Shown here: positions 12,960-25,518 of the stretch, in pieces
How positions within the stretch are numbered: position 1 is the first letter of the stretch
Layout of the letters: each line of letters begins with the position of its first letter
Assembly: GCF_000143415.4 (NCBI RefSeq)
Contig: NW_003314389.1
Coordinates: 146,892-210,891 of the forward strand
From: Selaginella moellendorffii
Lineage: Eukaryota; Plantae; Lycopodiophyta
Reading direction: 5' to 3'
DNA length: 64,000 bases
The notes under the pieces: generated by a model
Databases searched by the model: none
Seen by the model: only the letters and a program-made list of their open reading frames with translations
Told to the model about the DNA's origin: nothing
Made by a program: the position numbers and the translations under genes

Positions 12960-13842
12960 CGACTTGTGAACCTCTAGATATTACGCTACAAACCATCTGT
13001 GGGTATGCGCCATGGAATTTTTCGGGAGTCTTGACTCTTTTCTTTCATTTGTTGTGATTTCTAGGCCATTTTCTTTTCACAAACTTGCTCCTGGACAAAA
13101 TGATGGAGACCGCTAAGGAAAGTGGAATCCAGTGAAGAATTGTCAACCTCTCCTCCATCACACTTACAGCGGTGGAATCCAGTTCTCACACCTTAATGAC
13201 AAAGCCTGGTACCAAACGACTTTCTTTTCTCGTGAGCTTACATTCTTCCTTTTTTCTTCCAAAAGGTACTCCGACACTAGAGCATACAGTCAATCCAAGC
13301 TCGTGAACATCCTCCATGCCAAAGAACTGGCAATGAGATTCAAGGTATTTGTCTAATGCTTTAAAATCTCTCCCACCTTTCTCTTTCGTCAATGCTTTCT
13401 CTTTCGCTGATTATGCCGAAGGAGTTGACATCACAGCCAATGCTGTTCACCGGGGTTTATAATGTCGCCTTTGATGCGGCACACATTCTACATAATGAGT
13501 TTGTCTGTTATCCTCGTCATTGTTTTCGGTTACTTATGGAACTTTGATCTTCATGCAGGGTTTCTCAAGTTCTTCTCCAGCTTCCTTTGGAAAAATGTGC
13601 CACAGGTAAGAAGAATTCTCCCAATTATCTGGAAGTTTTTCGTGACTAACACGTGATCGATCTCTCAGGGTGCTGCTACGACGTGCTACACGGCTTTACA
13701 TCCAAGCCTCAAGGACGTCACTGGGCAATACTTCGTGGATTCCAACAAATCCAACTGTAGCACTTATGGCAGAGATCCCGAGCTCGCACACAAGCTATGG
13801 ATCTTCTCCCAGGAGCTTATAGACAAGCATTCTCTGTCCTAA
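12960..13842 (+). pseudogene. TIC32/retinol-dehydrogenase-like SDR, C-terminal half
   Basis: GHFLFTNLLLDKM, RIVNLSS, catalytic AYSQSKLVNILH (YxxxK), ITANAVH, QGAATTCYTALHPSLKDVTGQYF. One in-frame stop; no N-terminus. Confidence 0.85.
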
Positions 13843-13952
13843 AGGTAAAAGGTTGATGGTGCTAGAGAGCGAGCTAGCAAACGAGGAGAACTCGGCAATC
13901 ATTTGTGGATAGACTGTATTTACTGTTCTCAAAAGCTCGAGCTCGAGCTTGA

Positions 13953-14590
13953 TCAAAAGTAAGACGCGTTGCCTACATTGCGCATTACTATAACTTTGGT
14001 TTCGAGCATGTCGTCCATCGCGTACTTGACACCCTCTCGTTGGATTGCAGAGTCTTTGATCCCACCGTATGGCTGGCTATCAACGCGCATGCTTGGCGAA
14101 TCATTGAGGCAAACTCCTCCAGCTTGTGAAGATCGAATAATCATCAAACAAACAATCAATACTTTCTATATCTCAAACACAAAGCTACCTCTATGTGCTC
14201 AAACGCATAGAAGGCCTTGTTTAGATCATGCGTAAAGACGCTGGCTTGGAGACCGTAATGTGTGTTGTTAGCTTCCTTCACAGCTTCCTTGAAATCACTG
14301 TGTCACCACCGTTTTAGTTTAGAGAGAGAAAAAAGAGTAAATAAGAACTTTAGGAGCTAAGAAACTTTGAGAGCTTACTTGTATGAGTAGAAAGGATCAC
14401 GGGACCAAGAATCTCTTCCTTCCTTGCATCTGTGTCAAAGGGAGTGTCTTCCAGGATCGTTGGCTCCATGAAAGCTCCCCTTTGCTTACTACCAACTAGA
14501 AGTTTGGCACCTGCCTTCACTGCCTCGTTCACGCTCTTCTCCACTATAGCTGCCGACGACTTGGATATCATGGGCCTGATGGACGTGTCC
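13953..14590 (-). pseudogene. Aldehyde dehydrogenase C-terminal fragment (ALDH21-like), tail-to-tail with the SDR
   Basis: AVKAGAKLLVG..FMEPTILE..KEEILGPV and QPYGGIKDS.IQREGVKYAMDDMLETKV.VMRNVG. Truncated by AT-rich DNA at about 14590. Confidence 0.8.
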
Positions 14591-17500
14591 TTTTATATAA
14601 TTTTAGAATAGTAAGTAGTGTTGAATCATTTAATAGTAATGTATTTTTAAATTGGAATGCATAGTTTTATCATATAGCATTAGAACTGGTTTGTCCTAAT
14701 ACAAACATTATATCTCCAATATAATTATTATATTTGGATGTACCTCTTTTCAAACACCTATAATGAAGTGTGATTATCTAGATACATTTACTTATGTATA
14801 TTTTTAAATATAAAAAAGATACATAACAGAAATTCTATTATTCTTTTGTAAACTATGAAACTTAGAGGCACCATTACAATTCAGATAAAAAGTTTATGCA
14901 ATAAAAATTATAATTTCTCCAAACTAACCTTATATTTTTTGGTAGTATATAATTCTTTGGCTTCGTGAAAACTCAATTGCTTTTAAAGCCTGACAGCAAT
15001 CTTCTAGATGTGTTTAGGGTTGTGTAGCTTTAAATAAAGGTAATAAAAATTTCAAATTCAAATTTAATTATGATTAAAAAATGAGCTTATCTTCCCTAAC
15101 ACTTGCATTATTATCTCACTGCGTTATTGTCCATTTCTCTGGAGATGAATAGTAGTAAAGTTAAGCTAAATTTAACCTTGTATACAATCAGAATTTCTAA
15201 TATTGTAAAATTTGAAAAGAAGATCTATTTATCTTGGGTATGCTATATCTCCCAACAGATATTTTAATATACTCTTTGTTTTATAGAATGAAATCTTTAT
15301 AAAACAAAGAGTACTTGATCGATTTTATACTACATTACGAAAATTAAACATAATTTTGCTGCACAAAGATGGAATGTAGTAGACAGAATAGAAATTATAC
15401 TTTAAATTTAAAAGTAAATAAAGTAGTGACTATAGAAAATAATATAATTCTATCATATATAGAAATATGATAGAAAATAACTTCAATTCAATGAAATTCA
15501 ATTCAATTCAATTGAAAAAATAGGTGAATTTGTAATTAAAATTGTAATTCTATTCCTTAAGCCTCTATCAAATCTCCAGCTATTTTATCTTATAAAGTAG
15601 GTTTATTTTTATGAATAATCTTATGATACTTATTTCAGATTCATCAATTAATCTATTCACATAGAGTTGTTGGTTAGCTCATATATACTCTAAGATCTGT
15701 GTAAAATCATAAAGTTATAATAATTTGTTTAAGACTAATAATGTGTTCTTTGGTACACGGAAAAAAAAAAAAAATATAATGGCGTACAGATACAAATATG
15801 ATTGAGACAACATTAGACACAATACAAAAGGAAACCATCTAAAAAATGTGATTCCTCATCCAAAAAATGTGATTTTAATATTATTAAATTCAATCTATGA
15901 ACCATTCTAAAATTTTCTGATATATTATGGTTTAGGACATAAACAATTATGTATCATCAATACCCTAATATCCAAGTATAACCTTACTTTTGATTGAAAC
16001 ATTTTAGTCTCAATAACATTAACATTGTTATAATGCAATAAATTTAAATAAAAAAAGAAGCTTTAGAGATAATAAACTTAATTCATATTAGCATTCTCTT
16101 TATATTAAAATATATCCATAAATAATCATAATGATAAATAATAAAATAATTTAACTTTTAATTAGTAATCTTAAAAGTATAAATATAAATATTGTTAATT
16201 GGGAGGATGTCAAATACAAATATAAAAAGAACATAAACTAAAAATATGCCATGTACTTATGGAGATTTTATTATATATACTTTTTTGAAAACATTTAATG
16301 GAAAGTATAAAATATATTAAAGTAGATTAGAAACAAATTAGTGTATATAACAATATCTTATATTCTAATTGAAAAGAGAGGACTTAATAGTTCCAGCTAT
16401 TTTTTCTGTATAATAATTTAATTTTTATCAGTAATCTAATGGTACTTATTAAAACATAAATTAAATTAAATCTCTAAATGAGTCATCTGGCCATGGGATT
16501 CCATAGTGAGTTATTCCATTTATAGAAAATCTAGGACTTCACTCAACAATCAAAGTTTTAAATGTTATATAATGTTATGAGTTTTATTTATTATTTTATG
16601 ATGTGTGCTGGTGATAGAGTCAATTCTAGATGGGATTTTTAATATATAGATTATATGATGTTTAAATATGCATGTTATCATTATGAATATATTAAAAATT
16701 AAAATTACAATTACAACTCTTTGAAATTATTAAGACATTAGTAATAAACAAAATACTCCCAGTGTAGCTGGGGCTTTAATAACTAATTTTCATTTCTCCC
16801 AGCATTGATAATGTTATTGCTATATATTAAATATAGTAACATATAAAAATATAATAATACCATTATTTAAGTGCTGGTTCTAACTTTATTAAAAATATTA
16901 ATCTTTTTTATAATTGATATCTGTTTACAATCATGTTCTCATATAGATAATAGCGGTTTTTAAAAAATTAATTGTAATTATATTTTGAACTGAAATTTTC
17001 TATATTTTTAGCTATATATAATTTAAAATCCATTGGCTAAAGACATTCTTGAATAAAATATTTGCAAGTTTTTATTAAAGATTTCAAAGTCATCACATCC
17101 ATAAGCTTTTATAATCATAACTTCTAGCATGATATCACCTAAATATCATCTTCATAAAGTGTAGCTTATTATTTTCAAAATTATTCCTAACAATCTAGAT
17201 ATTTAATTGTGAGTTGTTCTACAAATTTGTAACCTGAATCTTTTGTCATGAGAACTTCATTTAGACCACTTTTTTTAAGATTTTAACTTCTTATTTGTAT
17301 AATAAAATTTCTATATTTTTCCTTCTCAAGTATTTTATCTCTTCATCATTTAAATTCCATAGTAGTTATCTTTAATATTATAAGGTACAAAATGTCTTAC
17401 ACACTCTTGATTTATTGGTAAAGCATGTTCTATATTATTGGTGTATTAATACATTTTATTTTATAAAACAGCTAATAAAAGTATTTTCAAAAATATTATT

Positions 17501-19040
17501 TCTATATTTCCGAGAGGATTTGTTATTTTTTCATAAATGTGACATATAATTTTTCTCGATCTAGAAACCATTAACTTTTATTCTTTTAAATACTTAATTT
17601 ACCATTTTGAACTAACAAGATATTTTCCTTATGTTCTGATAGCAATTGAGATAATACATATGCAGAAAAAATCTAGAGCAAGATCAAAAGACTTATGTAA
17701 ACCATATGGTTTAACTATAGCAAATAAATCATTGTGTCAATATTAAGGCAAAAGATTAAACTCATGTAAAGCTGCTGGTAGATTAAAGTAAGGTTATGAG
17801 CAAGAAGACTAATTAAAAACATAAAAGACTTTGTTAATTTTTTAGATATTATTAAGAAATGGATTTGATATTTGTATGTTTATGAGATATCTTATACCAT
17901 ATTAGATACTATGTCATATATGAGACATGAATTCATAGTTTTATCATTAAGCTTTAATACAGATTTGTCTTAATACAAACATTATATCTCTGATGTAATT
18001 ATTATATTTGGATGAAGATAAAAGAATATTAGTTTGATTTAGAATCTAGAATGTAAACTATTCTCCACTGTTGGCTTATGCGGTTTAATATAAATATGGT
18101 AGCAAGCTAGATACATTTATTCATGTAAACCCGATAGATAATAGAAATTATATTATTATTTAGTAAAATATGAATGTTAGATGCATCATTATAGTTCAGA
18201 TAAAAAGAATTTAACTCAGTATGCAATTAAAATTAAAATTTCTCCAAACTAAGCTATTTGTTTTTTGGTAGTCTATGATTTTTTTGTTTTGTGAAAACTC
18301 ATCTGCTTTTCAAGCAAGGCAAAAATCCTGCATGTGTGTTTAGGGTTGTGCACCTTTTTCATAAAGGCAATGAAACATCAAATTCAAATTTATTGATGAT
18401 AAAAAATGATCTTATCTTCCCCAACACTTGCATTATTATCTATTTGCATTATTGTGCATTTCTTTAGAGATGAATAGCTTTATATACAATCCAAATTTCT
18501 AAAATTGTAAATTTATAAAAAGAAGATTTATTTATCTTGGGTATGCTATATCTCCCAGAGATAAACTATATCAAGCTCTAAAATCAAGCTTTGGATACGA
18601 GAGCTTCTCTACCAAGAGTCTCAAAATATAATTGAAAGGGGGAATAATGCATGTTATTCATCATTTCTATTGTCACTTGAATATTCACAACAGAATTATA
18701 ACTTGAAATTTGGTAACACATTAATATATAACTAAGTTATAGATAATTTTAGTTTATAATTTAGATTTATTTAAAGCTCTAATCTAAACAAAAATATTTT
18801 TAATTCAAAAATATAAAAAAATTAGAACATTAATAAAAAAATTATATATAAATACTACTCAAACCTAAATATACTTAACCCTAAGTATCCTAAGACCTTT
18901 AACCAATTGCAAAAACTCTTGCTTAAAAACCTTTTTCCTTTAGTTAAACTTTTTTGTATCATCTAGTGAGTCATTCTTTTTGGTTGCATATAATCTACCA
19001 TTCTTCCTTGGAAACTCACAATGTAAATTTTATATCACTA
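14591..19040 (+). mobile_element. AT-rich Helitron remnants with truncated or degenerate 3' ends (about 15250, 16760-16790, 18555)
   Basis: Repeated agatctatttatcttgggtatgctatatctccca subterminal motif; cccagtgtagctggg hairpin at about 16758. Confidence 0.6.
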
Positions 19041-19042
19041 TA

Positions 19043-19150
19043 TTAAACAATGGAGAGTCGTGACTTTTGGGATCATAAAAAATTTCAATTGTCGTTTAGG
19101 GCGCGTGACCACAAGGAGAGAGCATTGATCATCGCTTGCGGGAAGGTTCT
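19043..19150 (+). promoter_or_regulatory. Promoter/leader cassette copy 2
   Basis: Reverse complement of 3975-4080, ending GGAAG|GT followed by (TG)n. Confidence 0.6.
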
Positions 19151-19224
19151 GTGTGTGTGTGTGTGTGTCGTGAGATGAGCATAGAGCATGGAGAAGGCAA
19201 GATTTGGTTGCCCATGCATGATTA

Positions 19225-19734
19225 GGCCGAAGGAGTTGACATCACAGCCAACGCTGTTCATCCGGGGTTTATAATGACACCTTTGGGTACACATTCTACA
19301 TAGTGAGTTTCTCTCTTTGCATCGTCATTGTTTTCAGGTACTTATATGGAGCTTTAATCTTCAGGCAGGGGTTCTCAAGTTCTTCTCCAGCTTCCTCTGG
19401 AAAAATGTGCCACAGGTAAGAAGAATTCTCCCAATTATCTGGAAATTTCGTGACTAATACGTGATCAATCTCTCAGGGCACTAAAAAAGTGGCACAGGTA
19501 AGAAAAATTCTCCCAATTATCTGGAAGTTTTTCGTGACTAATATGTGATCGATCTCTCAAGGCGCTGCTACAATGTGCTACACGGCTTTACATCCAAGCC
19601 TCAAGGACGTCACCAGGCAATACTTCATGGATTCCAACAAATCCAACTGTAGCGCTTATGGCAGAGATCCCGAGCTCACTCACAAGCTATGGACCTTCTC
19701 CCAGGAGCTTATAGACAAGCATTCTCCGTCCTAA
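19225..19734 (+). pseudogene. Second copy of the SDR 3' exons, with a duplicated intron/exon-edge segment
   Basis: Near-identical to 13415-13870. The intron gtaagaa..tctctca is present twice (19416-19477 and 19498-19560). Confidence 0.85.
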
Positions 19735-20652
19735 AGGTAAAAGGTTGATGGTGCTAGAGACCGAGCAAGCTTTCGGTTACTCATGGAACTTTGATCTTCA
19801 CTATAATCCACAGCTCTAAACAGCTTGTTGAAGTTTGAGAGGACCAGTGAGAAAGATGATGCTCAACTTGGCGGTTAATCATTGCTCCCGCCTGAATTAT
19901 GGCAAGAAAGCAGCAACCAAGTGGCTTTACAATCACCACTCGCAAAACATACACGAGTTTGAGGTGCTTGCAGTTTTCGGCCACATCAAGCACCGAGACA
20001 GTGAGATTGAATGGATTCACACTATCATCAGCCAGCAACCTCTCCCTTTTCAGCTTCATGGATTCCACAGCAAGTTCTTTTTTGTACAAAATAAAGTTCT
20101 CATAATCTTGTGGAAACGATGATGCTTGTGCGCATGAATTGCTTGCTTTTGGCTTATGTCCAATATGGGTAATATCACGTACAATGACTGGGCAAGACCG
20201 CCGGGTCCAAGAACTATGCTGTGGTTATGGTGCAATTAGAAAATGTGTAATCCTGGTGGCTGTCACTCCCGGGAGGTAAACCCATCAACAGATATGTACG
20301 GTGAGAAAACGTGGATTTTGCATCAAGAAATGTGCAAGAAGAAACAATTCAGAAGAGTGACCTGAAAATACAAGGAATCTCTATTCTATTGTGCTATTGC
20401 TACATTTGCTTGAATACAAAGAAAAACCTCTTACCAATAAGAAACATCTTGCCATAACGATCTACAACAGATCTATGCTATTCTACTTTACTGAAAACTA
20501 GAGAACATGCACTAGCTTATGAACAATGGAAATATAAATTTGGAATACTGGGAATGGGTCGCAAGAGAAAGTAAAAAAATGTGGATGTCATTAGGTGATG
20601 TGATTGTAGAAGATGTTACTTGTAATAAAGAAGAATAAACATTCCAGATGCT

Positions 20653-22074
20653 ATGGCTTTAGTTTCTGTGTCGAAGGCCTGTCTCGGCTTGGTGGCCAAG
20701 GAAGGGGCCGTGAAGGTTGATGGAAAGCTGGTCAAGCTCAAATGCTTGGAGAGAACACTGGCTCTTCATGGAGACTCCAGAAACTACTTTAAGATGGACG
20801 TGATCTTGGCGAGCACCTTAGTCGACGCTTACACGCGAAGTGGAAGCCTGATGGATGCTCGAAGAGTTTTCGACCAGATGTGCTCGCACGACGTCATGTC
20901 GTGGACTTCGCTGGTTCAGGCCTGTGTTGATTGTAGAGAGGAAGACAAGGCACTAGAGCTGTTCCAACGTATGCAATGCGAGGGGCAATGCGCTCACGCC
21001 TTCGAGCATTGTCACAGCAGAACTCAAGGCTTGCATCCGCGTCGCTGCAAGGGAAGAGGCCACTCAGGTGGATGGAAAGGCTGTCAAAGTTTCGTCACTG
21101 GAGAAAGGGATTGCTATCCATTGCCAGGGATCCAAACTCCTTCGACACTGGGACTTCGTTTTGGCCAGCAAGATGTACGCCAAGTGTGGGAGTCTGGTGG
21201 ACGCCCAGCGAGTTTTCGACAGCATGCCACACCGTGGTGTAGTCTCGTGGACAGTGCTCATGTCAGGGTACGTGGACTGTGGTGAGCTCTTTGGGGGAAT
21301 GAAACTGAAACTCGGTCAGGCCAGATGCTCGAGTCTTTGTCCCCGTGCTCAAGGGAAGCTCTTCTGTGGGATCGCTGGAAGTCACTAAAGCCATTGCTGG
21401 GGAAGTATACAGATATGGAGCCGAGAAAGACGTTGTGCTCTCCAATAGCATGGTGGACGTGTTTGGAAAAGCCAGAAGTATGAATGACGCACAGCAGACG
21501 TTTGATGCAGCTCAGACTCGAGATCTGATAGCATGAAACGCTGGATACAGCCGCCAGGGCGACGCCGAGAAGGTCCTGGATGTCTTTCACCGTGCTGTGG
21601 ACAACGAAGGAGTTGAGCCGGACAGTGTGACGCTGCTGTGCGTCCTCGCTGCGTGCAGCCACGCCGGCATGGTGACTAGAGGCAGGAAGTACTTCGAGGC
21701 AATTCGAACTATGGAGTGAGTCCGAGGTGTGAGCACCGGGTGTGCGTGGTAGACATGCTCGGTCGGGCCAACCAGCTATGCGAGGCACTGGCAATGGTGA
21801 CTAGCATGGGCTCAGAAGCGAGTGCGCTCACTTGGAGGACACTCCTGGCTGCTTGCCGGACGTGGAGAGATGTGGAGACCGGAAAGGTGGCGTTCAATCA
21901 CTCGTGAAGATTGACGACAGAGACACGGCAGCCTACTCTCTCATGTCCAACCTGCTTGGGAGCGTCGGATTGTGGGACGAGCAGTCACGGCTCCTGCGAA
22001 GTCAAGAGGAACTCTTCGCCCAGCAGCAGGCAGTGGCATCCTACATCGACTGCGGAGGATTGGTGAAAGAGTGA
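20653..22074 (+). pseudogene. PLS-class PPR protein with E domain, frameshifted
   Basis: STLVDAYTRSGSLMDARRVFDQM..DVMSW, MYAKCGSLVDAQRVFDSM, PDSVTLLCVLAACSHAG, CVVDMLGRA and TWRTLLAAC are spread over three frames. Confidence 0.85.
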
Positions 22075-22879
22075 GGAAGGCCCGTGCTTGTCTTGCCGAG
22101 AAAACAAGCGTCAGTCCGACACTACCGCGCGTGCCGCCAATTGAAGGGATGCGAGCTCATCCGCGAGAAAGCACTTCCACTGGCAAGAGACACCATCCGG
22201 GACCTCCTCAACCTTATCCTTGGCATGAATGAAGTAATCAAGCAGCGTTTTGTCACGAGATTTGCAAGGCATCGCTGCTCGATTGATGGACCCAAGAGCG
22301 TGGAGGAATCTGGTCTCCGGTGCCATCCTCTTCGGCACCGGCAGCAAGCTTTACCTTCTTGGCAGTGATGGTTTTTTCCTTTCTTTATAACTTCATCTTT
22401 TTCGAGATGTTTTTCTGATGTACCTTTAATATCAACTTTGGAGCCTGATTATTGGAGGATCTGCTACACAATGAACAAGAATATTACTCCTGTGAATTCT
22501 TGTGCCAGCACTTTACAGGATTTCTTATTTATTGAGTTGGTATCAATTTAGTCCCAAAGTGCAATTCATTTTGGATTTGTTGCCAATGTAATGGTGCACA
22601 TTCAAAGTGTATAAGACTAAAATGGCAAGTATCTATTAAGGTAAATATCTTTAGCACTACTGTGGAGATTTGTTTGAAAACTAATGTGAGCAAAAGAATG
22701 ACCATAGAATATGTGAACTTGATGATAGTCTATCTACTACTGGCAATTCCTGTCATATGATTTCTTGTGTTCTTGTAACTACTGTTAGTAGGGCAGTGAG
22801 ACAAAACAACAAAACAAAAAAAAACAAACAAAAAAAAACAAAACATGGGTTTAATGTCAGAGAATGAAAATGGTAAATG

Positions 22880-23305
22880 TGAGCAACACCCTTGGTAAGA
22901 TGGAAAAACAATGCATACATTGTACCTTTTTTTTTAATGAAGGACAGTGTTTTTAATTGTAATTGTGATGCGAGAATAGCAACTGAAAAATCACATCCTT
23001 TTCAATGCTTTATCCAAAGACTGTTAATTTTAAATATTTAATACAAAATTATAGTAGTGCAGCATCAAACATCAAAGAGATTGTAGTAGGTGGCCCTAAT
23101 TATTTTAAGATATATGGACAAATTTAACATAATATTGGAAGTTTCAAACCAAATAATGAAAAATAGTCACAATTATATATTTGGATACTGCTCGAGCAAC
23201 AGAAATAAGAATAAAAAACAAACACAACTCTAAGTGCAATGAGCAACTAATGCGTGATCTTGATAAATTATTAAAAGAGATAAATCCCTATGCTAATGCA
23301 TTCAT
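22880..23305 (+). mobile_element. Helitron RepHel N-terminal remnant
   Basis: LGKMEKQCIHC, then GGPNYFKIYGQI*HNIGSFKP, then SQLYILD..LDKLLKEINPYANAF, typical of the Helitron helicase-like N-terminal region. Confidence 0.75.
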
Positions 23306-23570
23306 AAACAAACCTACAACCTTCTTGAATGTCAAAGGGTCAGGACTGGTAATGACCACAAAGATAGTTCAGTCAATTGACCATTTTAACCTCGTACATT
23401 TTGATATGGTATGTTCGATTCTTGATGGAACACAATGATTGACTACTTTTGTAAACAAATATTTTTGTACTCGCATGTTATTAGTTTTTATTCTTTCCAT
23501 GGTTGATCCACAAGGGACCTTTTTCTCCTGTAGACCACATGTCAGAAACAGGATTCAACAAATCTTATTC

Positions 23571-25388
23571 TCACCTGCGCCTAACGTTAATGGGCAGGCC
23601 AGCTTTTGGTATATGTATGGGTGCAAAATCTGATCCATCAGGAGCTCCACAATGTTCACACCTGGAAACAGGTTCAAAACCAGAAGCCCTTCACCCGTCA
23701 TACCTATATCTCAGGGTAAAGTGATGCACGAACACGAGAAGCTCAAGATTTGCGAGTTCTCGTCCCATGCAGACGTGTGCACCGTTTCCAAATGGCGTAA
23801 ATGTGTACGGTTTTGGTGCCACCTAACAATTTGTGTTGAGCACTAACATTTTGAGCATCTCGTACTCGTTACCTTGAACCTAGAAGTATCAAACTCTTCT
23901 GGGTTTGGATGGTATTCAGGGCTGAGGTGAAACACCCAGTGTGCAACTAGAAGCCGCCAGCCCTTGGGAAATATGAAACCTGGGAAAGACAAACAGAATC
24001 TGGTAAATGTGATGTTTGTGGATGGATAGTATTCAGTTAGACCTCCATATTCAACATCTTCAACGATTTCTCTGTAGGAGAAATCAGTCAAATTTGCGAC
24101 TCGCAGAGTCTCTTTGACGACCTGATGATAAAGGTAAGTCCAAAGTTGTCCACGTCATGCACTTACTCGAATTGACAAAGGCATCTGGTCAGTAATATCA
24201 GACCACGTGAGGGTCTCTTTGGGAAATGACTTCTTTTGCTGAATAATTTCATGCTCAGCCTGCCAAGCAAATATGTGATGGCTTTTAATGGCTGGCATAT
24301 CTTCTTACAGTAACATCCTCCAAAAGCTTTGGGTGGTCCATTAAATTTTTCAGCGTCCAGGTCAATGCTGCAGCAACAGTATCATGCCCAGCAAAAAGTA
24401 AAGTTAAAATGTTGTCATGAATATCTTTGGAACTGAGCTTTGTGCCATCTTCATCCTCAACATCCATCAGTATCCCAAGAATGTCACTCTGGGGCCGCCT
24501 TTCCAGCCTTCGCCAGCTTATAATCTTATCTATAAGTGCACAGGCCTTTTTCCTGCTGTCCTGAATACAAACCTGAGGCTGTTCAGTGCGTCTTTCGTTT
24601 TCAGTACCTTTAGAGCCTTGTGGTAATTTGTTCCGGGTATGTTGATTGGCAACGAGCTCACACCACGAACCAGATGTTCACACGCTTTCGACAATTCCTC
24701 CTTCTCATGCTGTGGGGCAGCTCCTATTATAAACTCCATCGCGACTTTAAATGCGTACTGTAATATGAGACACTTATGACAGTAAGTTGGCATCTCAACA
24801 TACTAGTCAGGTAAAAACTGACTTGCTTTGCCTCGTCTAAAGCGTTTATAGATCTTCCTTCCCATGTCTGCATCACCATTAGCGCCAGCTCCTCAATAAG
24901 AGGAATAGAAGAAGGAAGGGTCTCTGGGAGAAGTGGGCGATGCATAAGCTTCCTTAATCTATGATGCAGTTTATGATTTTGGTAGCCAAAGAAAGACTCT
25001 CCAAGAAGTTTTTCAACTATTGGCAATCCACGTTGGCGGAAACAAGCTGCCTGGTCAACAAGAACGAATTTTGCAGCTTCCGGAGTCGTTATAACAATCG
25101 AAGGATGTCCAAACAAGTGAGTTTTGAAAACCCTCCCATATCTGCATGTAGAAATATGAAAACCAGTTTTTTCGTTTAGAGTTCAAACCTCTGCATCCTG
25201 TAAACATAAAAATCGTGTTGGTGGACTTTGAGGCTGATATTTTCTCCGACGAAAGGTACCCCAAGTGATCCTGGAGGAACTTTTAGTCCCTTGAAGGGTA
25301 ATCTTAGGCGATAGAGCAGAGGTAATACAACAGCAGTGGCTACAACCAGAGATACAACAGCCCATACCACCTCTGACTCTCTATCCAT
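23571..25388 (-). CDS. Cytochrome P450, CYP85 clan, CYP707A-like; 9 exons, apparently intact
   Basis: Membrane anchor and PPGSLGVP, YGRVFKTHLFG, I-helix FAGHDT, KETLR, EFDTSRF, heme motif FGNGAHVCMG and C-terminus PKAGLPINVRRR*. All introns are GT-AG and I found no disablement. Confidence 0.9.
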
Positions 25389-25518
25389 TTGTTCTTCTAT
25401 TTTTTGGCTTCCTAGAACTCTGTCAGTCGCCAGAAGGGCAGGAAATATGTTCAGAAAGACGCGCCTCATGGGTTAGGTTTTGTTAATTCATTAGCCTGAC
25501 ATTAATGAGTATAAGCAA

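Noticed and set aside
19781-20122. Overlapping ~100-aa ORFs (similar cases at 54707-54995 and 63120-63555)
   Set aside because: Probably further captured fragments, but I could not recognise a family, so no call is made.
22084-22368. DYW deaminase domain after the PPR
   Set aside because: No HxE or CxxC deaminase motifs and no DYW-like end.
11070-25388. Biosynthetic or hormone gene cluster (P450s, SDR, ALDH, peroxidase)
   Set aside because: All except the CYP707-like gene are truncated or disabled fragments interspersed with unrelated housekeeping fragments.
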